From Clostridiales bacterium (GTDB lineage: Bacteria > Bacillota > Clostridia > Oscillospirales > Feifaniaceae): 24,000 nucleotides of DNA. The stretch spans positions 5,886 to 29,885 of the forward strand of contig JAAYBB010000011.1 in the NCBI GenBank assembly GCA_012719075.1, given 5' to 3'. Positions 1 through 6,646 of the stretch are shown piece after piece. Below the pieces are notes generated by a model. It was not told the DNA's origin, searched no databases, and saw nothing but the letters and a program-made list of their open reading frames with translations. The stretch's first letter is position 1, and every line of letters starts with the position of its first letter. The translations under genes were made by a program, and so were the position numbers.

Positions 1-408
1 AAGTTTCGCCACCCCAAGGTGGTGGCCAAGCTCAACCGCGAGGGCATGCTGTCCATGGCCGACGACCTGCAGATCGGCACGGTGGTCTCGCCAAAGCAGC
101 TGACGGCCGACCACATCACGCAGTATGTGCGGGCGCTGCGCAACACCGAGGGCAACAACGTCGAAACGCTCTACCGGCTGATGGGCAACCGCGTGGAGGC
201 GCTGGAGTTTCGCATTGCGCCCGGCTTTGACCGGGCCGGGCTCCCGCTCAAGAAGCTGACCTTCAAGCCCGACCTGCTGGTGGCCTGCATCATCCGCAGG
301 GGGCGCCCCATCTTCCCGCGCGGCGACGACGCCATCGAGGTGGGCGACTCGGTCATCGTCATTACGACCCACAAGTATATGCAGGACGTGCAGGATATTT
401 TTGACTAG
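1..408 (+). CDS. trkA: K+ uptake system RCK/TrkA-type regulatory subunit, C-terminal part (5' end outside the window)
   Basis: Frame 1 is open from nt 1 to TAG 406-408. The tail (...GDSVIVITTHKYMQDVQDIFD) resembles a TrkA_C/RCK_C domain. A TrkH-type membrane subunit follows 47 nt downstream. Confidence 0.7.
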   Translation, partial: KFRHPKVVAKLNREGMLSMADDLQIGTVVSPKQLTADHITQYVRALRNTEGNNVETLYRLMGNRVEALEFRIAPGFDRAGLPLKKLTFKPDLLVACIIRRGRPIFPRGDDAIEVGDSVIVITTHKYMQDVQDIFD

Positions 409-455
409 CTGCCGGAGCGGCAAATCCGCGCCCGCAGACCGATGAGAGGTCCCCG

Positions 456-1895
456 ATGAACTACCGTATGATCTTCTATGTCCTTGGCAGCGTCATGAAG
501 GTGGAGGGCCTGCTGATGCTGCTTCCGCTCTGTACCGGCCTGTTTTACGGCGAACCGGTGCTCAAAACCTTCGGCTTGACAATGGCCATCCTGCTGGCGC
601 TGGGCTTCCTGCTGACCTGGAAACGGCCGGCACGGCAGTCCTTCTATGCCAAGGAGGGCTTTTTGGTGGTTGCGCTGGGCTGGGTGGTGCTGTCCTTTTT
701 CGGCGCACTGCCCTTTTGGTGGAGCGGCGAATTTGGCCGCTTTGCCGACTGCTTTTTTGAGGCGGTCTCGGGCTTTACCACCACCGGCGCCACCGTGCTG
801 ACCGATGTGGAGGCCATCTCCCGCGGCCTGCTGATGTGGCGCTCCTTCACCCACTGGGTCGGCGGCATGGGGGTGCTGGTCTTTTTGCTGGCCATTTTGC
901 CGATGGCGGGGCAGTACTCCATCTACCTCATGCGGGCCGAGTCGCCCGGCCCCTCGGTCGGCAAGCTGGTGCCCCGCCTGCGCGAGACCGCCTCCATCCT
1001 CTACCGCATCTACATGGTCATGACGGCGGTGCTGATCATCCTGCTGATGCTGCTTGGACTCTCCCCGTTTGACAGCCTGATCCACGCATTTGGCACGGCC
1101 GGCACCGGCGGCTTTTCAAACTATGCCGCCAGCGTGGCCCACTTTGGCAGCCCGGCCGTGGAGTGGTTGATCGGCGTGGCCATGCTGCTGTTCGGCGTCA
1201 ACTTCAGCCTGTTTTACCTCGTCTGTGCCGGACAGCTGGCCCAGGCGCTGAAGAGCGAGGAGCTGCGCTGGTACCTGCTCATCGTCTTTGGATCGGTCGC
1301 GCTGGTTGTGGCCAACGTCCACCAGCAGTTTTTGGGCGCGCGGGAGACGCTGCGTGCCGCCTTCTTCCAGGTCTCCTCGATCATCACCACCACCGGCTTT
1401 TCCACCGTCGACTTCAACCTCTGGCCGCAGTTTTCCAAAAACCTACTGCTGCTGCTGATGTTTGTCGGCGCCTGCGCCGGCTCCACGGCCGGCGGCATCA
1501 AGGTGTCGCGCCTGATTTTGATGGTCAAGTCGGTTGCGCAGTCCATCAAGGCGCTGCTGCACCCGCGGGCGGTCACGCTGGTCAAGATGGACGGCAAGGT
1601 GGCCGAGTTTGAGGTGCTGGCCGGCGTATTTGCCTACATCGTCTGCTACATTCTGATCCTGTGCTCCTCGGTGCTGCTGATTTCGCTCGAACCCATCACG
1701 CTCGAGGAGTCCCTCTCGGCCGTGATGACCTCGATGGGCAACGTGGGCCCGGGCCTTGGGCGCTTTGGCCCGGCCGGCAGCTTTGCGTCGCTCGGCAGCC
1801 CCGCCAAGTACCTGCTCTCGCTCGACATGCTGTTTGGGCGGCTGGAGATCTTCCCCATGCTGGTGCTGCTGCTCTCCTGGCGGCGCCGCCAGTGA
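456..1895 (+). CDS. trkH: TrkH/KtrB-family K+ transporter membrane subunit
   Basis: 479-aa polytopic protein with repeated selectivity-filter-like glycine loops (SGFTTTGATV, GTAGTGGFS, TTTGFSTVD, GSTAGGIKVSR, MGNVGPGLG). GAGAGG lies upstream of the ATG. It sits next to trkA. Confidence 0.85.
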   Translation: MNYRMIFYVLGSVMKVEGLLMLLPLCTGLFYGEPVLKTFGLTMAILLALGFLLTWKRPARQSFYAKEGFLVVALGWVVLSFFGALPFWWSGEFGRFADCFFEAVSGFTTTGATVLTDVEAISRGLLMWRSFTHWVGGMGVLVFLLAILPMAGQYSIYLMRAESPGPSVGKLVPRLRETASILYRIYMVMTAVLIILLMLLGLSPFDSLIHAFGTAGTGGFSNYAASVAHFGSPAVEWLIGVAMLLFGVNFSLFYLVCAGQLAQALKSEELRWYLLIVFGSVALVVANVHQQFLGARETLRAAFFQVSSIITTTGFSTVDFNLWPQFSKNLLLLLMFVGACAGSTAGGIKVSRLILMVKSVAQSIKALLHPRAVTLVKMDGKVAEFEVLAGVFAYIVCYILILCSSVLLISLEPITLEESLSAVMTSMGNVGPGLGRFGPAGSFASLGSPAKYLLSLDMLFGRLEIFPMLVLLLSWRRRQ

Positions 1896-1924
1896 GATGC
1901 TTAATCATTTAACAGAAAAACTTG

Positions 1925-1953
1925 AAATCGCCGCTGTTTCAGCGGCGATTTTG
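1925..1953 (+). terminator. Intrinsic terminator after trkH
   Basis: Perfect 12-bp arms AAATCGCCGCTG / CAGCGGCGATTT with a TTT loop, running into a T-tract (1949-1952). Confidence 0.8.
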
Positions 1954-1981
1954 CCAAAACAGACCGAAATCTTTTTGGGGC

Positions 1982-2010
1982 TTTACAAGGGCGGGCGGGT
2001 CTGATATACT
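1982..2010 (+). promoter_or_regulatory. Sigma-A-type promoter for the first amidohydrolase leader
   Basis: TTTACA (1982-1987), 17-nt spacer, extended -10 TGaTATACT (2002-2010). Confidence 0.55.
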
Positions 2011-2016
2011 GGGCCC

Positions 2017-2257
2017 ACAAAAAATGGATAGAGGTTGCGGCGAGATGAGTACCCGGCGGAGGAGACATCCTGTGAAACCGGTGAAAGGGTAAGCCGCCGA
2101 AGGGGAGCGCAGGTGTGCGCTTCTGCTGGGCCCCGCGCGAAGAGCGCTGGGACTCCTGCCGGCGCCAAGGCCGGCAGAGGCGCTATCGATGGGGACGCTG
2201 GGGACCGCATGTCTGCGGTTCCCGAAGGCTGCATCGCGCGCGATGGGCCTTTTTTTA
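2017..2257 (+). promoter_or_regulatory. Structured leader ending in an intrinsic terminator; atypical T-box-like riboswitch
   Basis: Order of elements matches T-box Stem I: GAUGAGUA (2044-2051), helix CGGCGG 2054-2059 / CCGCCG 2094-2099, AG-bulge-like AGGAGA 2060-2065, and a distal loop containing GGUGAAAG 2080-2087. A 7-nt loop AAGGGGA follows at 2100-2106. A Stem III-like hairpin lies at 2156-2177. The T-box motif CUGGGGACCGCA (2198-2209) is degenerate. The terminator at 2224-2250 is followed by T7 (2250-2256). Confidence 0.5.
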
Positions 2258-2326
2258 TTGCCCTCGCCGCCGGGCCGCCCCCTTCGCCGGCTTCGGCTTT
2301 GCCGCACCCATGGGAGGAGCAGCAAC

Positions 2327-3934
2327 ATGGACAGGGTCCTATACAACGGCAAGATTTACGTGGAGCGCGACCGCTTTGCGCAGGCGCTGTGGATGCAGGA
2401 CGGCGTGATCCGCGCCGTCGGCAGCGACGACAGCGTGCTCGGCGAAGCGCCCGAGGGCAGCGAGCGCATCGACCTGGGGGGCGCCACCGTCATCCCCGGA
2501 TTCAACGACAGCCACCTGCACATGCGCATGCTGGGCGAAAACCTCAAGCTGGTGCAGCTGCACAACGCGGCCTCGCTGCAGGAGGTCATCGACCGGGGCC
2601 GGCAGTTCATCGAAAAAAACGCCCCGCTGCCCGGCACCCTGGTCGCCGGCTTCGGCTGGAACCAGGACTACTTCACCGATGCGCGGCGCATGCCGAACCG
2701 GCATGACCTCGACCAGGTCTCGACCGAGCACCCGGTCTACTTCGCGCGGGCCTGCGGCCACGCCGTCTCGGTCAACACGCTGGCGCTGCAGATGGCCGGC
2801 ATCACGTCGGGCACCCCCCAGCCCGAGGGCGGCCAGTTTGAGCTGGGCGAGGACGGGCAGCCAAACGGCATCTTCCACGAGTGCGCCAGCCGCATGTTTG
2901 CCGACATCACGCCCAAGGTCACGGCCGAGACCATCGCCGACGACATTGCCACCGCCATGGCCTATGCCGCCTCGCTGGGCATCACCTGCGTGCAGAGCAA
3001 CGACTACAACGAGGAAAACCGCCACGAGATGGACGCGGCCCTTGCGCTGCTGCGCGAACGCGGCGGCCTGCTGACCCGCTACTACGCGCAGAACGCCTTT
3101 ACCAACCCCGGGACGCTGGCGGCCCTCTTTGAGGAGGGCTATGCCACCGGGCGGGGGGACGACCTGGTGCGCATGGGGCCGCTCAAGCTGTTTGTGGACG
3201 GCTCGCTCGGCGCCCGCACCGCGCTGCTGCGCGGCCGCTATGCCGACAACGACAAGGCGCAGGGCATCCAGACGCTGTCCGACGAGGTCTTTGACGAGTT
3301 GGTGCGCATCGCCGACGAGGCCGGCGTCTCGGTGGTGACCCACGCCATCGGCGACGGCGCCATCGACAAGGTGCTGTGCAGCTACGAGAAGGTCATCAAG
3401 GGCGGCGACAACAAAAACCGCCATGGCGTGGTGCACGTGCAGATCACCGACAAGCCGATGCTGCAGCGCTTTGTGGATTCGGGCGTGCTGGCGCTGATCC
3501 AGCCCATCTTCCTGCACTACGACATGTACATCGTCGGCGACCGCGTCGGCCCCGAGCTGGAAGAGACCTCCTACGCCTTCGGCAGCATGGTGCGCATGGG
3601 CATCCGCGCCTCCTACGGCACCGACTGTCCGGTCGAAGACCTCAACCCCTTTGAAAACGTCTACACCGCCGTGGCCCGCAGGGACCTCAAGTGCCGGCCC
3701 GAGGGCGGCTACTTCCCCGCCGAGGCCGTGGACGTGCAGACCGCCATCGACTGCTACACGGCCGAGAGCGCCTATTCCTGCTTTGCCGAGGACCGCCTCG
3801 GCCGCCTGCAGCCCGGCTATCTGGCCGACCTCGTGGTGCTGGACGCCGACATCTTCACGGTGCCGCACGAGGACATCCTCAAAATCCGCCCGGTGACCAC
3901 CTACCTGGCCGGCCGGCCGGTCTACCGGCGCTGA
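2327..3934 (+). CDS. Metal-dependent amidohydrolase, Amidohydro_3/YtcJ-like (COG1574-type), paralog 1
   Basis: ATG 2327 is preceded by GGGAGGAG (2312-2319). The track start at 2189 lies inside the upstream leader/terminator. Motifs: IPGFNDSHLHM (HxH metal site), VDGSLGARTA, VTHAIGDGA, HGVVHVQ, SYGTDCPVE. Confidence 0.85.
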   Translation: MDRVLYNGKIYVERDRFAQALWMQDGVIRAVGSDDSVLGEAPEGSERIDLGGATVIPGFNDSHLHMRMLGENLKLVQLHNAASLQEVIDRGRQFIEKNAPLPGTLVAGFGWNQDYFTDARRMPNRHDLDQVSTEHPVYFARACGHAVSVNTLALQMAGITSGTPQPEGGQFELGEDGQPNGIFHECASRMFADITPKVTAETIADDIATAMAYAASLGITCVQSNDYNEENRHEMDAALALLRERGGLLTRYYAQNAFTNPGTLAALFEEGYATGRGDDLVRMGPLKLFVDGSLGARTALLRGRYADNDKAQGIQTLSDEVFDELVRIADEAGVSVVTHAIGDGAIDKVLCSYEKVIKGGDNKNRHGVVHVQITDKPMLQRFVDSGVLALIQPIFLHYDMYIVGDRVGPELEETSYAFGSMVRMGIRASYGTDCPVEDLNPFENVYTAVARRDLKCRPEGGYFPAEAVDVQTAIDCYTAESAYSCFAEDRLGRLQPGYLADLVVLDADIFTVPHEDILKIRPVTTYLAGRPVYRR

Positions 3935-3965
3935 CCGGTGGGGCAGGGGGGCCAAAAATTCGGGC

Positions 3966-3995
3966 TTGACAAAGCGGCCGGCCCCGTGCTATAGT
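3966..3995 (+). promoter_or_regulatory. Sigma-A-type promoter for the second amidohydrolase leader
   Basis: TTGACA (3966-3971), 18-nt spacer, extended -10 TGcTATAGT (3987-3995). Confidence 0.6.
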
Positions 3996-4001
3996 ACGTT
4001 C

Positions 4002-4306
4002 CAAAGCAGAATACCACAAAGGCGATGAAGAGGGCCGTTGGTACACCAGCACCTGCCACAGAGAGTCTCGGGAGCTGAAAAGAGACGCATGTGCCGTATC
4101 GCGTAAAGACTTGGAGCCGCGCACCGACCGCACGCCGTCAACGCGTGCCGAGACTGCGATGGGAGCGCCCATTACAGCGCCAGGGTATCGGCGGCATCCG
4201 CCCGTACCTGTAGAGGTCCGCGCCGCGAGGCGTGGATGAACCAAGGTGGTAACACGAAAGCAGTCCGCTCTCGTCCTTGTCGATGTACAGGGGCGAGAGT
4301 TTTTTT
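4002..4306 (+). promoter_or_regulatory. T-box riboswitch (transcription attenuation type), probable Lys specifier
   Basis: Stem I has a K-turn base (GGC-GAU-GA 4021-4028 with GA-GCC 4114-4118), AG bulge AGAGAG 4060-4065, and an apical hairpin UCUC/GAGA with the loop GGGAGCUGAAAA. Stem III lies at 4217-4236. In the T-box, CAAGG (4242-4246) pairs with CCUUG (4275-4279). This flanks the 7-nt bulge UGGUAAC (4247-4253) and helix ACGA..UCGU. The antiterminator 3' strand overlaps the terminator 5' arm CUCUCGUCC (4268-4276). That arm pairs with GGGCGAGAG (4291-4299), followed by T7 (4300-4306). Confidence 0.85.
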
Positions 4307-4536
4307 ATGCAAAAACGCAAAGGACAATCAGGCCGCGCCGGCAGTCCGGCGCCGTGGGTGAGGAGGGGACTTTGGGAGTGGGCGATCGAAGAGACGGCGC
4401 AGGCCGCCGCACCGAGATGTGCAGAGTTCCCGGCAATAAACGGGCGCTCCGCGGGCAGCGGGCACCGCACACCCCGGACCGGCGGCACCGGCCGCCGCGG
4501 CCGGCATCACTTTGAAAAACGAGGGGAATGGACACC

Positions 4537-6171
4537 ATGAATCGAGTACTCTATAACGGCAACATCTATGTGGAGCGCGACAACTTTGCACAGGCCCTGT
4601 GGATCGAGGGGGACACCATCCGCGCCGTCGGCAGCAACGAGGCCGTGCTGGCCGCCGCGCCGGCCGGCAGCGAGCGCGTCGACCTGAACGGCGCCACCGT
4701 CGTGCCCGGCTTCAACGACAGCCACCTGCACATGCGCTCGCTGGGCATGAGCCTCCGGGTGGTGCAGCTGCAAAACAGCACCTCGATGCAGGAGATCCTC
4801 GAGCGGGGTCGGCGCTTCGTCGCCGAGCAGATGGTCCCGGCCGGCGCGCTGGTCATGGGCCGCGGCTGGAACCACGACTACTTCACCGACGAGCGGCGCA
4901 TGCCGAACCGGCACGACCTCGACCAGGTCTCGACTGTGCACCCGGTCTACTACATCCGCACCTGCGGCCACGCCATCTCGGTCAACACGCTGGCGCTGCA
5001 GATGGCCGGCATCACGTCGGGCACCCCCCAGCCCGAGGGCGGCCAGTTTGAGCTGGGCGAGGACGGGCAGCCCAACGGCATCTTCCACGAGTGCGGCAAC
5101 CGCATGTTTGCGTCGCTGCTGCCCCAGCCCTCGACCGAGACCTTCACCAACGAGCTGCGCGCCGCCATGGCCTACGCCGCCTCGATGGGGGTCACCTGCG
5201 TGCAGAGCAACGACTGCAACGAGGACAACTACCCCGAGATGCTGCGGGCGCTCTCCAACCTCCGCGAGAGCGGCGAACTGCTGGCCCGCTACTATGCGCA
5301 GTCGGGCTTCACCAAGGTGGAAAACCTGCGCCGCTTCCTCGACCAGGGCTACGCCACCGGCCACGGCGACGACCTGGTGCGCATGGGGCCCACCAAGCTG
5401 CTGGTGGACGGCTCGCTCGGCGCCCGCACCGCGCTGCTGCGCGGCCGCTATGCCGACAACGCCGAGGCCCAGGGCATCCAGACGCTGACCAACGAGGTCT
5501 TTGACGAGCTGGTGCGCATGTCCGACGAGGCCGGCTCCACCGTGGTGACCCACGCCATCGGCGACGGCGCCATTGAGATGGTGCTGAACAGCTACGACAA
5601 GGTCATCCAAAACGGCAACAACCGCAACCGCCACGGCGTGGTGCACGTGCAGATCACCGACCGGCCGCTGCTGCAGCGCTTTGTGGACTCGGACGTGCTG
5701 GCGCTGATCCAGCCCATCTTCCTGCACTACGACATGCACATCGTCGGCGACCGCGTCGGCCCCGAGCTGGCCGCCACCTCCTACGCCTTCGGCAGCATGG
5801 TGCGCATGGGCATCCACGCTTCCTACGGCACCGACTGCCCGGTCGAAGACCTCAACCCCTATGAGAACATCTACACCGCCGTGGCCCGCAGGGACCTCAA
5901 GTGCCGGCCAGAGGGCGGCTACTTCCCCGCCGAGGCCGTGGACGTGCAGACCGCCATCGACTGCTACACGGCCGAGAGCGCCTACGCCTGCTTTGCCGAG
6001 GACCGGATGGGCCGCCTGCAGCCCGGCTACCTGGCCGACCTCGTGGTGCTGGACGCCAACATCTTCACGGTGCCGCACGAGGACATCCGGAACATCCGCC
6101 CGCTGGCCACCTATGTGGGCGGCCGCCCGGTCTACCAGGCCGACCGCGCCCGCGTCCCCGCAAACGTGTAG
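4537..6171 (+). CDS. Metal-dependent amidohydrolase, Amidohydro_3/YtcJ-like, paralog 2
   Basis: MNRVLYNGNIY aligns with the MDRVLYNGKIY start of paralog 1. GAGGGG (4521-4526) is about 10 nt upstream of ATG 4537; the in-frame ATG 4528 sits too close to it. Same HxH and downstream motifs as paralog 1, plus a short C-terminal extension (…QADRARVPANV). Confidence 0.85.
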   Translation: MNRVLYNGNIYVERDNFAQALWIEGDTIRAVGSNEAVLAAAPAGSERVDLNGATVVPGFNDSHLHMRSLGMSLRVVQLQNSTSMQEILERGRRFVAEQMVPAGALVMGRGWNHDYFTDERRMPNRHDLDQVSTVHPVYYIRTCGHAISVNTLALQMAGITSGTPQPEGGQFELGEDGQPNGIFHECGNRMFASLLPQPSTETFTNELRAAMAYAASMGVTCVQSNDCNEDNYPEMLRALSNLRESGELLARYYAQSGFTKVENLRRFLDQGYATGHGDDLVRMGPTKLLVDGSLGARTALLRGRYADNAEAQGIQTLTNEVFDELVRMSDEAGSTVVTHAIGDGAIEMVLNSYDKVIQNGNNRNRHGVVHVQITDRPLLQRFVDSDVLALIQPIFLHYDMHIVGDRVGPELAATSYAFGSMVRMGIHASYGTDCPVEDLNPYENIYTAVARRDLKCRPEGGYFPAEAVDVQTAIDCYTAESAYACFAEDRMGRLQPGYLADLVVLDANIFTVPHEDIRNIRPLATYVGGRPVYQADRARVPANV

Positions 6172-6219
6172 GACGGCAGTCCAGGGGGTACTCGCCACGG
6201 GGCGGGCGGCCTTGGGGGT

Positions 6220-6253
6220 GTCGCTCAAAATAAGCGCGCTTATTTTGAGCGAC
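6220..6253. repeat. 34-bp perfect palindrome with an AT-rich core
   Basis: GTCGCTCAAAATAAGCG|CGCTTATTTTGAGCGAC. Every position is self-complementary. No adjacent T-tract on either strand. Confidence 0.9.
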
Positions 6254-6315
6254 GGATTCACGGCCCCCCGATGCCTCTGAATGAGGTCCTCCTGAACAGG
6301 GGGCGCAAAAACCAT

Positions 6316-6346
6316 AAAAAAAGAGCCGCGCAAGCGGCTCTTTTTG
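6316..6346 (+). terminator. Intrinsic terminator after the amidohydrolase pair (bidirectional shape)
   Basis: GAGCCGC (6323-6329), loop GCAA, GCGGCTC (6334-6340), then T5 (6341-6345). An A-run lies upstream. Confidence 0.75.
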
Positions 6347-6392
6347 CGCGCGGGCAGCCGAACGGGAACCTGCGCGCCGCGGCGCTTTTATC

Positions 6393-6421
6393 TTGCAATC
6401 AATGGGGCGGTGCGATATAAT
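6393..6421 (+). promoter_or_regulatory. Candidate promoter for the EF-G paralog
   Basis: TTGCAA (6393-6398), 17-nt spacer, TATAAT (6416-6421). This implies a ~220-nt leader. Confidence 0.5.
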
Positions 6422-6646
6422 AAAGGGCATGAGCGCCCTCGTTTTCGGGGTTTTTGGGGGCGCGCGAAACCGCGGTGCAGGGTCCGGCAAGGCTGCAAGG
6501 CGCCATGGCACCCCGTCAGGGGGGCGCTCTTGGGGCGGCGGCCGGGCGGCGCGCCGATCGATTAAATTAAGGCGGCCGCACGCCGAAAGAGCGGCAACCG
6601 CGCCGGAGCGCAGAGGTCCGGCCCATGCGGTTGTAGGAGGGACCAT

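Noticed and set aside
2054-2160. Resemblance of leader 1 to a glycine riboswitch (CGGAGGAGA ... GCCGCCGAAGGGGAGCG recalls GGAGAG ... CGCCGAAGGGGCAA).
   Set aside because: The 3' half of the glycine aptamer consensus (CUCUCAGGCAAAAGGAC and the matching P1) is not present. The order GAUGAGUA / AG bulge / GGUGAAAG loop / Stem III / terminator fits a T-box better. Only a covariance-model search can settle this.
2189-2326. N-terminal extensions offered by the ORF track: amidohydrolase 1 from 2189, pyrH from 9915, uppS from 11563, dxr from 12561, polC from 16114, rplJ to 23779.
   Set aside because: The extensions run through terminators, leaders or upstream genes and lack an RBS. Internal starts have good Shine-Dalgarno sequences and match the family N-termini.
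2339-3955. Long antisense ORF (538 aa) opposite amidohydrolase 1. Similar ones occur at 4507-6333(-), 6686-8983(-), 11413-13029(-), 13248-14432(-), 15251-16543(-), 16645-18171(-).
   Set aside because: They mirror well-supported genes on the other strand. Their translations are low-complexity and rich in Ala/Gly/Arg/Val/His, with no recognisable motifs or RBS. This is the typical stop-codon-poor artefact of high-GC DNA.
4528-4536. ATG 4528 as the start of amidohydrolase 2.
   Set aside because: GAGGGG ends only 1 nt before it. ATG 4537 has proper spacing and aligns with the paralog 1 N-terminus. It cannot be fully excluded.
4277-4540. 87-aa ORF between the T-box terminator and amidohydrolase 2.
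   Set aside because: It starts inside the terminator stem, has no RBS, and has the Arg/Gly/Pro-rich composition typical of an off-frame reading of GC-rich DNA.
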